52,295 nucleotides of DNA from Macrostomum lignano. Its lineage: Eukaryota. Below the pieces are notes generated by a model that worked only from the letters and a program-made list of their open reading frames with translations, was not told the DNA's origin and made no database searches. The number at the start of each line of letters is the position of its first letter. The first letter of the stretch is position 1. The position numbers and the translations under genes were made by a program. This document shows, piece by piece, positions 29,272 through 42,100 of this stretch. The stretch lies in contig NIVC01001437.1 of the NCBI GenBank assembly GCA_002269645.1, positions 1-52,295 of the forward strand. Direction: 5' to 3'.

Positions 29272-31691
29272 CTAAAACAGTTATGCAAACTGAAACAGAT
29301 ACATCAGCTGTTTAATAAATCCGCTTTTCAGTTGTTTATTCGTTTACTGTCTTTTTTAATTTCCCATTTAAATCGTCGTTAATCGCTAGAAGTTTAAGTT
29401 CGTTCGAAGTGTGTTTATGCTCGTTCTTCACGCTTTGAAATATCACGCGCTTTCAAAAATACTATATCTTTTCACAAAAATCGCCTATTATTGAGAGCAA
29501 TCCTTTATTATACTCGATATTTGTTATATTGACAAAAGAATACTAAACCAGCTTTCCTAAATCGCATTTTAGAAGAATCGTTTTGCATTAAGGTCATAGA
29601 TAAACGACATCGATTTTTTATTTTTCCCTGCTTAGAATCTTGTCGTTCTGTCGTTAGTCGGCTGAAAAAAACCGTAAAAAATTCCAGACGCTCTTTCAAA
29701 TACCTTACTTATACAAATATTGTAGCTCGTTTTCAGCGATCGTGTAAAAATATTTAACTTGTGAACAAATACTAAATACATCGTATAATACTGGCAAAAC
29801 AGGCTCCTTGCCTGAGCCAAATTTACTACTACTACTACTATTCCATTACTCTTATAGCAGATATACTCAGCAGATTCCGCCTATAGCTGCTACTTCTGAG
29901 AGTGCAGGCAGGTAAAGTCTCTTAATCTTTGCAAGTGATACAACTTAGCCATGCCATGCGGCAGACTTGAGTTGAGGAATGAAGTGGGGGGGGCGGTGTG
30001 CGAAGGTTGCCCCTTATGCAAAATACGCCGCGGAAACGTCGCCAGTCCGTCACTCCGCGACAGTCGCGCAACGTCGAAAATGACCGTTACATTCTAGTCG
30101 CAGAAACGTCGCAAAAAAACTGATCAGCAACGCATATGCGACTGATCCACGACGATGTATTATTAGTAACCCTCTTTTTTGCATGATGCTTTTACTTGCA
30201 GATATTTTAATACATTTAGTTATGTTTACAGCATACAATTCAAAGTAAATATCTGCATACAACTGCTTAATGCTTCTAAGGAACGTTTTTCATTCCAAAA
30301 CTTATTGCTGTAACAATAAAAGTAATGAAAGGCTAACATTAGGTTATAAAAGGCCAATGCTTTTCGAGATATACCAAAGCCAACTGCAAGCAGTTATGTA
30401 ATAAAAATGCACATGGTGGTTTTTCAATCATTATATTAGGGACAATTACACAAAAAAATTCTTTTTTTTGAGAATAAAAAACTTCAAACACAAAACAAAA
30501 ATTCTAACAAAAATAAAGTGGTACTTGCTGCCTAAAATGGTTACAATCAAAGACAAAATATTTTTATTTTTTGCAGAAATAAATAATTTAATAAATACAA
30601 AGGAAATTATTTAAAAAATAATTGTAGCAAATGGGTGTACAAGCAGAAACAAAGTTTTAAATGCAATATAACTGTAAAAAGATAAATTTCCAATATGCCC
30701 AAGGTTACCTGTTTGTAACTAGTCTATAAATCCAAGGTAAATGATATTGAAGTCCATTTTGTCACTCTCCAGAAAACTGGCAGTCAGTCTGGCCACTCTG
30801 TTGTCTTGTGAACTCATTGATTGCCAGGGCTTCCAGATAGCCAGGTAGCAGCTTCTAGATAGCAGCCACTAAGAAGCTTAAAGTAGATATCTGAAATGAA
30901 AAACAAAAAATAAAGTAAGACAATTATTAATAATGAAACAATTTAATATTAGGCTTTTACATTTTAATGCTAATAAAATTAAATCACAATATACTAAATC
31001 TCTAATAAAATACTAATAACAGTAAATATTAGCCTAGCATATACAAATAAATTAGAATAGACTTTCTTTTTCTTGAATAGACTTAGTCACTAGTGTAGTC
31101 TTCAAAATTAATAAAGCTGACTTATTATACTACTATTATTAAAAAAGGGTCTAAAGTATTTTAATTTATGTTTTTTGCTTTTGTAAGTTTAACTAATATA
31201 TTTAAAAAATAGCAATACAATTTTATTTCATTTAAATAAATAATCTATTTGGTTAAAATGTTTAAGAGTTTTATCTAAAATTAATTATAATTAGATACTA
31301 GGCTAAGATTTAAAAGTCAAAAACAATTTAAGTCTAAAATAAAAGTCTAAAGTTTAAAAAATAGAATTTAAAATGCTAGGCTACTCTTTACTGCTACTCT
31401 CTATGACTAACTATGAACTATTTAGTTCTTAAAAGCCTAGCCTATTTATAAAGTCCTTCACTCTTTTGTTTAATTTTGGCTAGGAATATAATAAGACACA
31501 AATAAACTTAAAATTGAAATTCAATTGCAATAATACTGATAATAGGCATAAAATTCTAGCAATAATATTTTCTAATATACCTTACCATGGGTTGCCTCTA
31601 GATTTTAGTCTAAAATACACAAACAGTTATTGATTGCTTAAGCATAGCTATTTATTTTACAATTATATAAGGTTAGTCCCTTCGGATCCTA

Positions 31692-31850
31692 GTCATTTCG
31701 TCAACTGCCATTTCGTCAACTGGACACATCGTCAACCCGTTCCCCATATTGGTCGTTTCGTCAACCAACCAATAGGATACTTTCAAAGCTTGGTTATTTC
31801 GTCAACTGTTCAATGGGACGATGTCAACTTTTGGTCACTTCGTCAACTGC
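31692..31850. repeat. Cluster of six TCGTCAAC motifs plus one variant (CATTTCGTCAACTG-type)
   Basis: Motif recurs with variable spacers; the arrangement resembles subterminal motif arrays of non-autonomous Helentron-type elements. Confidence 0.75.
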
Positions 31851-33128
31851 CAATAATACACGCCCCGCATGCAGCCCTCCTCCTTTCTCATTCTGGGCTT
31901 GGGACCAGACAATGGCGGAGTTACTGCCACAAAGATGCAGTTTGTATGGTAAAAAAGGAAAATGCATTGCACAAAATCACAAAGATCACAAAGGCCACCA
32001 CAAAGGTCACAATCAAATATAAAGCTGAAGATATGCGCAGAGTGTACAGTACACTTATCCACTTCTACACTGTATACACTAATACCTATATACACTTTAG
32101 GTACTAGATTGAAGGTGTGCCACCTTAGCAGGTCGAAGTGCATTAATTGCTCAATATTTCGAAATTATTTTTGATTTCTTTGAGTACAGTTTTGCAACAC
32201 ATAAAACCCTAAAAATGTTAAACTATTGTAAACTACTTAGATGCTACGTATTTTAGTTACATATGTCCTATGTGACTAATTAATTATAATTTACCATTCA
32301 TTAATTTTTTAATCACAAAGTTCTATTAAATAGACTCAAAAAATCAAACTGAGACACATGAATTAACATCATATACTAAGGTCCAAGAAATAATACTCAT
32401 AATAAATATCTTGGACATTTGGACTTACGAAAAATAATCTTGCAATTAACAACGAAATTAGTTAAAAAAAATTTTCGCCGCTCCGATTCTGTTCACTGTA
32501 ATTTGAAATGAGATTTTCCTAGAAATTCAGCATTTCAAATGTACAGTTTAACGCCCACAGGTACGTGAAACCACCGGATGCGACTTTGCAGTGAAATGCT
32601 TTGCCATTTGATACAAGTTACCCAACATTAGGTAGCCTGATCATTTAGCTAAATCCATAATTAGGCACAGCAGCTTTCAAAACTCCGAAAAAACGAATTA
32701 ATCAATAAATATGTAAACTATTATATGAGAAAAATACTGCCGTGTCTAAAACAAAAAGCGTCGAGCATTTAACTAACCTCACACAGTGCAATGAGAATTA
32801 AAAACAAAGATATTTTTATGGAAACTTTACACCATTTTTTACACTGTAAATTTTTTTACACTGTGAAAGGTTAATCAATGCTACTCACACTTTTAGGGAC
32901 TTTCACTGCACATTTTGTGGGCGGTGCTGCGCGCAATAATAGTTTCGCAAATTTGTATCAAAACCGCCAAACGGCAAACATGCGCGCAGTACCCACTCAA
33001 TAGAGTGTTCGTTTTTGGAAAGAATATTTAAATTGTAACTCGAGCAGACATTAGCTTTTTAAGTGCTTTGCTTATGAGAATTCAGCAGCCACTGCAACGC
33101 AAATTACGCAATTTATCGTAAATAATTG

Positions 33129-36100
33129 GATGGTTGTTGACTGGACGTATGGTTGTGACTGGATTGTTGCTGACTGGATGGTTGCTGACTGGATGGACGG
33201 TTGCTGACTGGATGGTTGCTGACTGGACGTATGGTTGTGACTGGATTGTTGCTGACTGGAATGGTTGCTGACTGGACGGATGGTTGCTGACTGGATGGTT
33301 GCTGACTGGACGTATGGTTGTGACTGGATTGTTGCTGACTGGATGGTTGCTAACTGGATGGACGGTTGCTCACTGGATGGCTGCTGACTCGATGGCTGCT
33401 GACTAGATGGCTGCTGACTGGATGGTTGCTGACTGGATGTATGGTTGTGACTGGATTGTTGCTGACTGGATTGTTGCTGACTGGATGGACTGTTGTTGAC
33501 TGGATGGTTGCTGACTGGATGGATGTTTGCTGACTGGATGGTTGCTGACTGGATGGTTGCTGACTGGATGGTCGCTGACTGGATGGTTGTTGACTGGATG
33601 GGTGCTGACTGGATGGATGGTTGCTGACTGGATGGATGTTTGCTGACTGGATGGCTGCTGACAGGATGGCTGCTGACTGGATGGTTGCTGACTGGACGGT
33701 TGCTGACTCGATGGATGGTTGCTGACTAGATGGTTGCTGCCTGGATGGTTTCCGACTGGATGGATGTTTGCTGACTGGATGGTTGCTGACTGGACGGATG
33801 GTTGTGACTGGATTGTTGCTGACTGGATGGACGGTTGCTGACTGGATGGTTGCTGACTGGATGGTTGCTGACTGGATTGTTCCTGACTGGATTGTTGCTG
33901 ACTGGACGGACAGTTGCTGACTGGATGGTTGCTGACTGGATGTATGGTTGTGACTGGATTGTTGCTGACTGGATTGTTGCTGACTGGATGGACGGTTGCT
34001 GACTGGATGGTTGCTGACTGGATGTATGGTTGTGACTGGATTGTTGCTGACTGGATGGATGGTTGCTGACTGGATGGACTGTTGTTGACTGGATGGTTGC
34101 TGACTGGATGGATGTTTGCTGACGGATGGTTGCTGACTGGATGGTTGCTGACTGGATGGTTGCTGACTGGATGGTCGCTGACTGGATGGTTGTTGACTGG
34201 ATGGTTGCTGACTGGATGGACGGTTGTTGACTGGATGGTTGCTGACTGGATGGATGATTGCTGACTGGATGGTTGCTGACTGGACGGTTGCTGACTGGAT
34301 GGATGGTTGCTGACTGGATAGTTGCTGACTGGATGGACGGTTGCTGACTGGATTGTTGCTGACTGGATTGTTGCTGACTGGATGGACGGTTGCTGACTGG
34401 ATGGTTGCTGACTGGATGTATGGTTGTGACTGGATTGTTGCTGACTGGATTGTTGCTGACTGGATTGTTGCTGACTGGATGATTGGTTGCTGACTTGATG
34501 GACTGTTGTTGACTGGATGGTTGCTGACTGGATGGATGTTTGCTGACTGGATGGTTGCTGACTGGATGGTTGCTGACTGGATGGTCGCTGACTGGATGGT
34601 TGTTGACTGGATGGGTGCTGACTGGATGGACGGTTGCTGACTGGATGGCTGCTGACTGGATGGCTGCTGACAGGATGGCTGCTGACTGGATGGTTGCTGA
34701 CTGGACGGATAGTTGCTGACTGGATGGTTGCTAACTGGATGGACGGTTGCTCACTGGATGGCTGCTGACTCGATGGCTGCTGACTAGATGGCTGCTGACT
34801 GGATGGTTGCTGACTGGATGTATGGTTGTGACTGGATTGTTGCTGACTGGATTGTTGCTGACTGGATGGACTGTTGTTGACTGGATGGTTGCTGACTGGA
34901 TGGATGTTTGCTGACTGGATGGTTGCTGACTGGATGGTTGCTGACTGGATGGTCGCTGACTGGATGGTTGTTGACTGGATGGGTGCTGACTGGATGGATG
35001 GTTGCTGACTGGATGAATGTTTGCTGACTGGATGGCTGCTGACAGGATGGCTGCTGACAGGATGGTTGCTGACTGGACGGTTGCTGACTCGATGGATGGT
35101 TGCTGACTAGATGGTTGCTGCCTGGATGGTTTCCGACTGGATGGATGTTTGCTGACTGGATGGTTGCTGACTGGACGGATGGTTGTGACTGGATTGTTGC
35201 TGACTGGATGGACGGTTGCTGACTGGATGGTTGCTGACTGGATGGTTGCTGACTGGATTGTTCCTGACTGGATTGTTGCTGACTGGATGGACGGTTGCTG
35301 ACTGGATGGTTGCTGACTGGATGTATGGTTGTGACTGGATTGTTGCTGACTGGATTGTTGCTGACTGGATGGACGGTTGCTGACTGGATGGTTGCTGACT
35401 GGATGTATGGTTGTGACTGGATTGTTGCTGACTGGATGGATGGTTGCTGACTGGATGGACTGTTGTTGACTGGATGGTTGCTGACTGGATGGATGTTTGC
35501 TGACTGGATGGTTGCTGACTGGATGGTTGCTGACTGGATGGTTGCTGACTGGATGGTCGCTGACTGGATGGTTGTTGACTGGATGGTTGCTGACTGGATG
35601 GACGGTTGTTGACTGGATGGTTGCTGACTGGATGGATGATTGCTGACTGGATGGTTGCTGACTGGACGGTTGCTGACTGGATGGATGGTTGCTGACTGGA
35701 TAGTTGCTGACTGGATGGACGGTTGCTGACTGGATTGTTGCTGACTGGATTGTTGCTGACTGGATGGACGGTTGCTGACTGGATGGTTGCTGACTGGATG
35801 TATGGTTGTGACTGGATTGTTGCTGACTGGATTGTTGCTGACTGGATTGTTGCTGACTGGATGATTGGTTGCTGACTTGATGGACTGTTGTTGACTGGAT
35901 GGTTGCTGACTGGATGGATGTTTGCTGACTGGATGGTTGCTGACTGGATGGATGTTTGCTGACTGGATGGTTGCTGACTGGATGGTTGCTGACTGGATGG
36001 TCGCTGACTGGATGGTTGTTGACTGGATGGGTGCTGACTGGATGGATGGTTGCTGACTGGATGAATGTTTGCTGACTGGATGGCTGCTGACAGGATGGCT

Positions 36101-39100
36101 GCTGACTGGATGGTTGCTGACTGGACGGTTGCTGACTCGATGGATGGTTGCTGACTAGATGGTTGCTGCCTGGATGGTTTCCGACTGGATGGATGTTTGC
36201 TGACTGGATGGTTGCTGACTGGACGGATGGTTGTGACTGGATTGTTGCTGACTGGATGGACGGTTGCTGACTGGATGGTTGCTGACTGGATGGTTGCTGA
36301 CTGGATTGTTCCTGACTGGATTGTTGCTGACTGGATGGACGGTTGCTGACTGGATGGTTGCTGACTGGATGTATGGTTGTGACTGGATTGTTGCTGACTG
36401 GATTGTTGCTGACTGGATGGACGGTTGCTGACTGGATGGTTGCTGACTGGATGTATGGTTGTGACTGGATTGTTGCTGACTGGATGGATGGTTGCTGACT
36501 GGATGGACTGTTGTTGACTGGATGGTTGCTGACTGGATGGATGTTTGCTGACTGGATGGTTGCTGACTGGATGGTTGCTGACTGGATGGTTGCTGACTGG
36601 ATGGTCGCTGACTGGATGGTTGTTGACTGGATGGTTGCTGACTGGATGGACGGTTGTTGACTGGATGGTTGCTGACTGGATGGATGATTGCTGACTGGAT
36701 GGTTGCTGACTGGACGGTTGCTGACTGGATGGATGGTTGCTGACTGGATAGTTGCTGACTGGATGGACGGTTGCTGACTGGATTGTTGCTGACTGGATTG
36801 TTGCTGACTGGATGGACGGTTGCTGACTGGATGGTTGCTGACTGGATGTATGGTTGTGACTGGATTGTTGCTGACTGGATTGTTGCTGACTGGATTGTTG
36901 CTGACTGGATGATTGGTTGCTGACTTGATGGACTGTTGTTGACTGGATGGTTGCTGACTGGATGGATGTTTGCTGACTGGATGGTTGCTGACTGGATGGT
37001 TGCTGACTGGATGGTCGCTGACTGGATGGTTGTTGACTGGATGGGTGCTGACTGGATGGACGGTTGCTGACTGGATGGCTGCTGACTGGATGGCTGCTGA
37101 CAGGATGGCTGCTGACTGGATGGTTGCTGACTGGACGGATGGTTGCTGACTGGATGGTTGCTGACTGGATGTATGGTTGTGACTGGATTGTTGCTGACTG
37201 GATGGATGGTTGCTGACTGGATGGACTGTTGTTGACTGGATGGTTGCTGACTGGATGGATGTTTGCTGACTGGATGGACTGTTGTTGACTGGATGGTTGC
37301 TGACTGGATGGTGGTTGCTGACTGGATTGTTGCTGACTGGATGGACGGTTGCTGACTGGATTGTTGCTGACTGGATTGTTGCTGACTGGATGGACGGTTG
37401 CTGACTGGATTGTTGCTGACTGGATTGTTGCTGACTGGATGGACGGTTGCTGACTGGATGGTTGCTGACTGGATGTATGGTTGTGACTGGATTGTTGCTG
37501 ACTTGATGGACTGTTGTTGACTGGATGATTGGTTGCTGACTGATGGATGTTTGCTGACTGGATGGTTGCTGACTGGATGGTTGCTGACTGGATGGTCGCT
37601 GACTGGATGGTTGTTGACTGGATGGTGCTGACTGGATGGATGGTTGCTGACTGGATGGCTGCTGACTGGATGGCTGCTGACAGGATGGCTGCTGACTGGA
37701 TGGTTGCTGACTGGACGGATGGTTGCTGACTGGATGGTTGCTGACTGGATGTATGGTTGTGACTGGATTGTTGCTGACTGGATGGATGGTTGCTGACTGG
37801 ATGGACTGTTGTTGACTGGATGGTTGCTGACTGGATGGATGTTTGCTGACTGGATGGACTGTTGTTGACTGGATGGTTGCTGACTGGATGGTTGCTGACT
37901 GGATGGTCGCTGACTGGATGGTTGTTGACTGGATGGGTGCTGACTGGATGGACGGTTGCTGACTGGATGGCTGCTGACTGGATGGCTGCTGACAGGATGG
38001 CTGCTGACTGGATGGTTGCTGACTGGACGGATGGTTGCTGACTGGATGGTTGCTGACTGGATGGTTGCTGACTGGATTGTTGCTGACTGGATGGATGGTT
38101 GCTGGACGAATGGTTGCTGACTGGATGGTTGCTGACTGGATGGTTGCTGACTGGATGGTTGCTGAATGGATGGATGGTTGCTGACTGGATGGTTGCTGAC
38201 TGGATGGTTGCTGACTGGACGTATGGTTGTGACTGGATGGTTGCCGACTGGATGGTCGCTGACTGGACGGATGATTGCTGACTGGACGGATGGTTGCTGA
38301 CTGGACGGATGGTTGCTGACTGGATGACTGCTGACTGGATGGTTGTGACTGGATGGTTGCTGACTGGATGATTGCTGACTGGATTGTTGCTGACTGGATG
38401 GACGGTTGCTGACTGGATGGCTGCTGACTGGACGGATGCTGACTGGATGGTTGCTGACTGGATGGTTGCTGACTGGATGGATGCTGACTGGACGAATGGT
38501 TGCTGACTGGATGGATGTTTGCTGACTGGATGGTTGCTGACTGGATTGTTGCTGACTGGATGGATGGTTGCTGGACGAATGGTTGCTGACTGGATGGTTG
38601 CTGACTGGATGGTTGCTGACTGGATGGTTGCTGAATGGATGGATGGTTGCTGACTGGATGGTTGCTGACTGGATGGTTGCTGACTGGACGTATGGTTGTG
38701 ACTGGATGGTTGCCGACTGGATGGTCGCTGACTGGACGGATGATTGCTGACTGGACGGATGGTTGCTGACTGGACGGATGGTTGCTGACTGGATGACTGC
38801 TGACTGGATGGTTGTGACTGGATGGTTGCTGACTGGATGATTGCTGACTGGATTGTTGCTGACTGGATGGACGGTTGCTGACTGGATGGCTGCTGACTGG
38901 ACGGATGCTGACTGGATGGTTGCTGACTGGATGGTTGCTGACTGGATGGATGCTGACTGGACGAATGGTTGCTGACTGGATGGATGTTTGCTGACTGGAT
39001 GGTTGCTGACTGGATGGTTGCTGACTGGATTGTTGCTGACTGACGGCTGCTGACTGGACGGATGCTGACTGGATGGATAGTTGCTGACTAAATAGTTGCC

Positions 39101-39105
39101 GACTT
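33129..39105. repeat. ~6-kb satellite of a 15-bp core (GACTGGATGGTTGCT) with 19-bp variants and higher-order blocks
   Basis: Continuous array of roughly 350-400 units. Rare variants recur at 1381-bp spacing (33351/34732; 33751/35132) and 469-bp spacing (38099/38568). Confidence 0.98.
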
Positions 39106-39117
39106 TAGAATAGCAAG

Positions 39118-42100
39118 TTAGCGGCTATCAGAATTCGCGGATGAGCACATTCTCAGCAAACGCTTTTGCTCATGCAACTGCGTCTGCACTTTTTGTGCAG
39201 AAAAAAGGCTCACGAAATTGTTGTAATCGCAACTTGATACTCGCAAATCTGCAAATGCACGAACTCTACTCACCGCAGTATAAAATAATCCAGCTGGAAT
39301 AGCTTTCCTGGCGCCTCCTTTGCTAAACGCCACGTACGCTTTTGGAATTGTAAGTCCTTGGCTCTTGTGAATCGTACTAGCCCAAGCCAATCGTAGTGGA
39401 AATTGTTGACGCGACAATTGGGCTCCTCCTTTAAACTTTTCATTCGTTACTGACAGAATTGGCACTACACGAATTGCACGATTATCTTGTACAATTGCCC
39501 CCATTGCTGGGCCAGAATAATTGTCAAATTCAACCCAAATACAATCTGGCCAATCCTTTGGTGATTGCCTTCCAGGAGCGTAGCAAATTCCTCGTACAGT
39601 TCCAACTGATCCATTCACAAGTCCATTGCGTACTGACAGATTTCTAGTTAGCATTACTCGAGCACCAATACACAAATAGAGTCGCTTCTCCAGATTCGTA
39701 TCCGATTTTTTATGTTCCTTCTTTTTGCCACACAATTTTGCTTCGTCTCCTTTACAAATTGCGTTAATTTGCCGCACAGGATTCAATTCGGAAACCATCT
39801 TTCCCAATAGCATGTAGTTGCGATTTCTCACATCCTCGTTAGTGTGATATAAAAATGTACACCCGCTTTGGAAACCTTCAGGCAAAAGGTCGGGAGCATA
39901 GACGCGACAATTGTTCATCAACGAATTCCAGCAGGCTTCGTCGGCCTTGCCTTCGCGAAGTTTATCCAACAACTGGGCGAATTCCGTATCGTTTGCTTGT
40001 CGGACTTGTTCTGTCAGATGCACAACCTTTTTGAACTCCATGTACAATTTATAGCCTTCAGATTTCAATATATCGTGCTTCTTTTGATTTGGATTGTAAA
40101 CGTACAGTTGCGTGTCCAAAACTGGAGGCAATTGAAACACGTCGCCAATTAGGATTACAGATCGACCACCAAAACTCTGTTTACTGTGTTCTGGAAACAA
40201 TTCGCGCAAACGAGCATCCACCTTACGGAGTAACCTTTGGCCAAGCATGCTAAATTCGTCAATAAAAATGTAGCGCACATCTTTCCACTGCTCTTGCATC
40301 TCCATTAGGGATTTCTTGCCAACACCAGCACTAAAATTTACATTCAATTTCAAAGCCGAGTGCAAAGTTTCGCCTGCAATATTGAAAGCGGCTACGCCTG
40401 TTGATGCCATAATTCTGCATCTTGATTCTCCAATCAACCGACGCAATGTAGAAATCAAGTAGCTTTTTCCAGTTCCAGCGCTACCATACAAAATTGCTTT
40501 GAGAGGCTCCGGCTTTTCGCCTTGGTTTTCTTCGGCTAGTCTTGAAAGCTGCAAATGACTTTCAATTAGGTTGTACATTTCTCGCTGCCGAACATTAAGC
40601 GATTCAACACTGTTTATCGGCATGTCAGCGACCTCTCTTGCGCCAAGTTTTAGGTCGCTACTTAAAAACGCCTTTGCTTCTCCAACCGTTGGAAACTGGC
40701 CGCCACTAGCTGCGCTCCAGTCAAAATTTTCTGGCGGCTTTGGCAATTGATCTTCTGGACAGGCCAATAGATTTCTCTCGCGATGAAGTGCCCCCACTGC
40801 AACCATCCAATCTTCTTGCTCTTCGTGCTCATAAGTTGGCTGAGCAGCAGATTGCGCATTTGCGTTGGTCATTTCGGGTAGCTCCGCAACTGCTTCGACT
40901 TCTTCGTCAGCTTCGTCGTTGCGCAAATCGTCCAAATTGGGCAGCTGCAGCTCGCATCGATTCTCAGCAGGCATGGCTTCGTACGCTTGCTGCCAGCTTG
41001 TGTGCAAACCTTTGGCTTCTCGCTCATTTCGCCAACAACTGTACAACAAAACCTGCTGCCGATAATAGCCTTCGCGTCTTTCGTCTGATTGCTCATTCGG
41101 TCGAAAAAATGGACTGATTAGCAAAACTACTTGTTTCGGCCTTTTTGTGCACCTCCCATTAGGGCTGAGACAGTAGTCGGAAAAGAAACGAAACATTGTT
41201 ACATTTTCCAAATTCTTTGCACGCTTTGAATACTTGTCGCAACTATTCCTGCAAACACCCTTTTCCTCCACTGCGCGGGTTTCGCCAGTCTGAACAAAAA
41301 CAAATTCTCGCGAACCCTTGTACATTGACGTCTGCAATAGCAAATGCATTGCCTCTTGCGCCGAATAATCACGCGCTCCAACTTGCGCCATCAAGTGTTG
41401 TTGTACAACACGCCTTGCAGTGTTGCTACGCTGAAAATTGTTATCGGCATTCTGTTCTGCATTATCTTCCAACTCCTTATGAAGACGCTTTGTCAGCTCC
41501 GCCATATAATCCGACTCCTTTTCGCTTTTTGTCGCATACTTGATCAAATAGCGAATCAAATTCTTCACGGACGAAATCATTTGAACATCGACATTGGCTC
41601 TCCACATGCACAGCAACTGCGGACTGTGAGAAATCATTCGCTCGTCGTTGCGCTGCGTCTCAACTTGCCAATTTAAACGGGATACTCGCTTTGCAACAGT
41701 CTTTTCCTGCGGCTCGCGCGGATACTTGAATCGGCACTCTTGTTTGCCTTTTACTGTTCGCAAGCACTTTTTACTGCAAATAGTGTGCCTCTCTGTCAAA
41801 TGCGAAATTAACTGCAAATCTTGCTTGTCATTTTCAATCTCTTCCGGTTTCAGTTGAGCTGGATGACCTTGACCTGCTAAACTGCCATTCAAAACTTGAT
41901 TTCCATAATCCGATTCGTCCATGGCCAAATTCCAACTACAGATGTACTTGTCAACAAAGCTCGTCAATTCTTCTGCATTCAATGTATTCGATGTCACATC
42001 AACACCATCTGGCATCCAAATGCAACCGTGAACGTGTGGACTTCCGCGACTCTGATATTCTATGCGAAACCAATAATCGTTTACTTTCCAGTGCTCGACC

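Noticed and set aside
31900-32065. PQRCSLYGKKGK...KICAECTVHL, resembling a piggyBac C-terminal Cys-rich ribbon
   Set aside because: Requires mixing frames and substituting Cys residues; no transposase core or TTAA ends nearby.
34082-38750. DWMVA/LLTGW ORFs in the satellite
   Set aside because: Arise from a 15-bp unit; no coding evidence.
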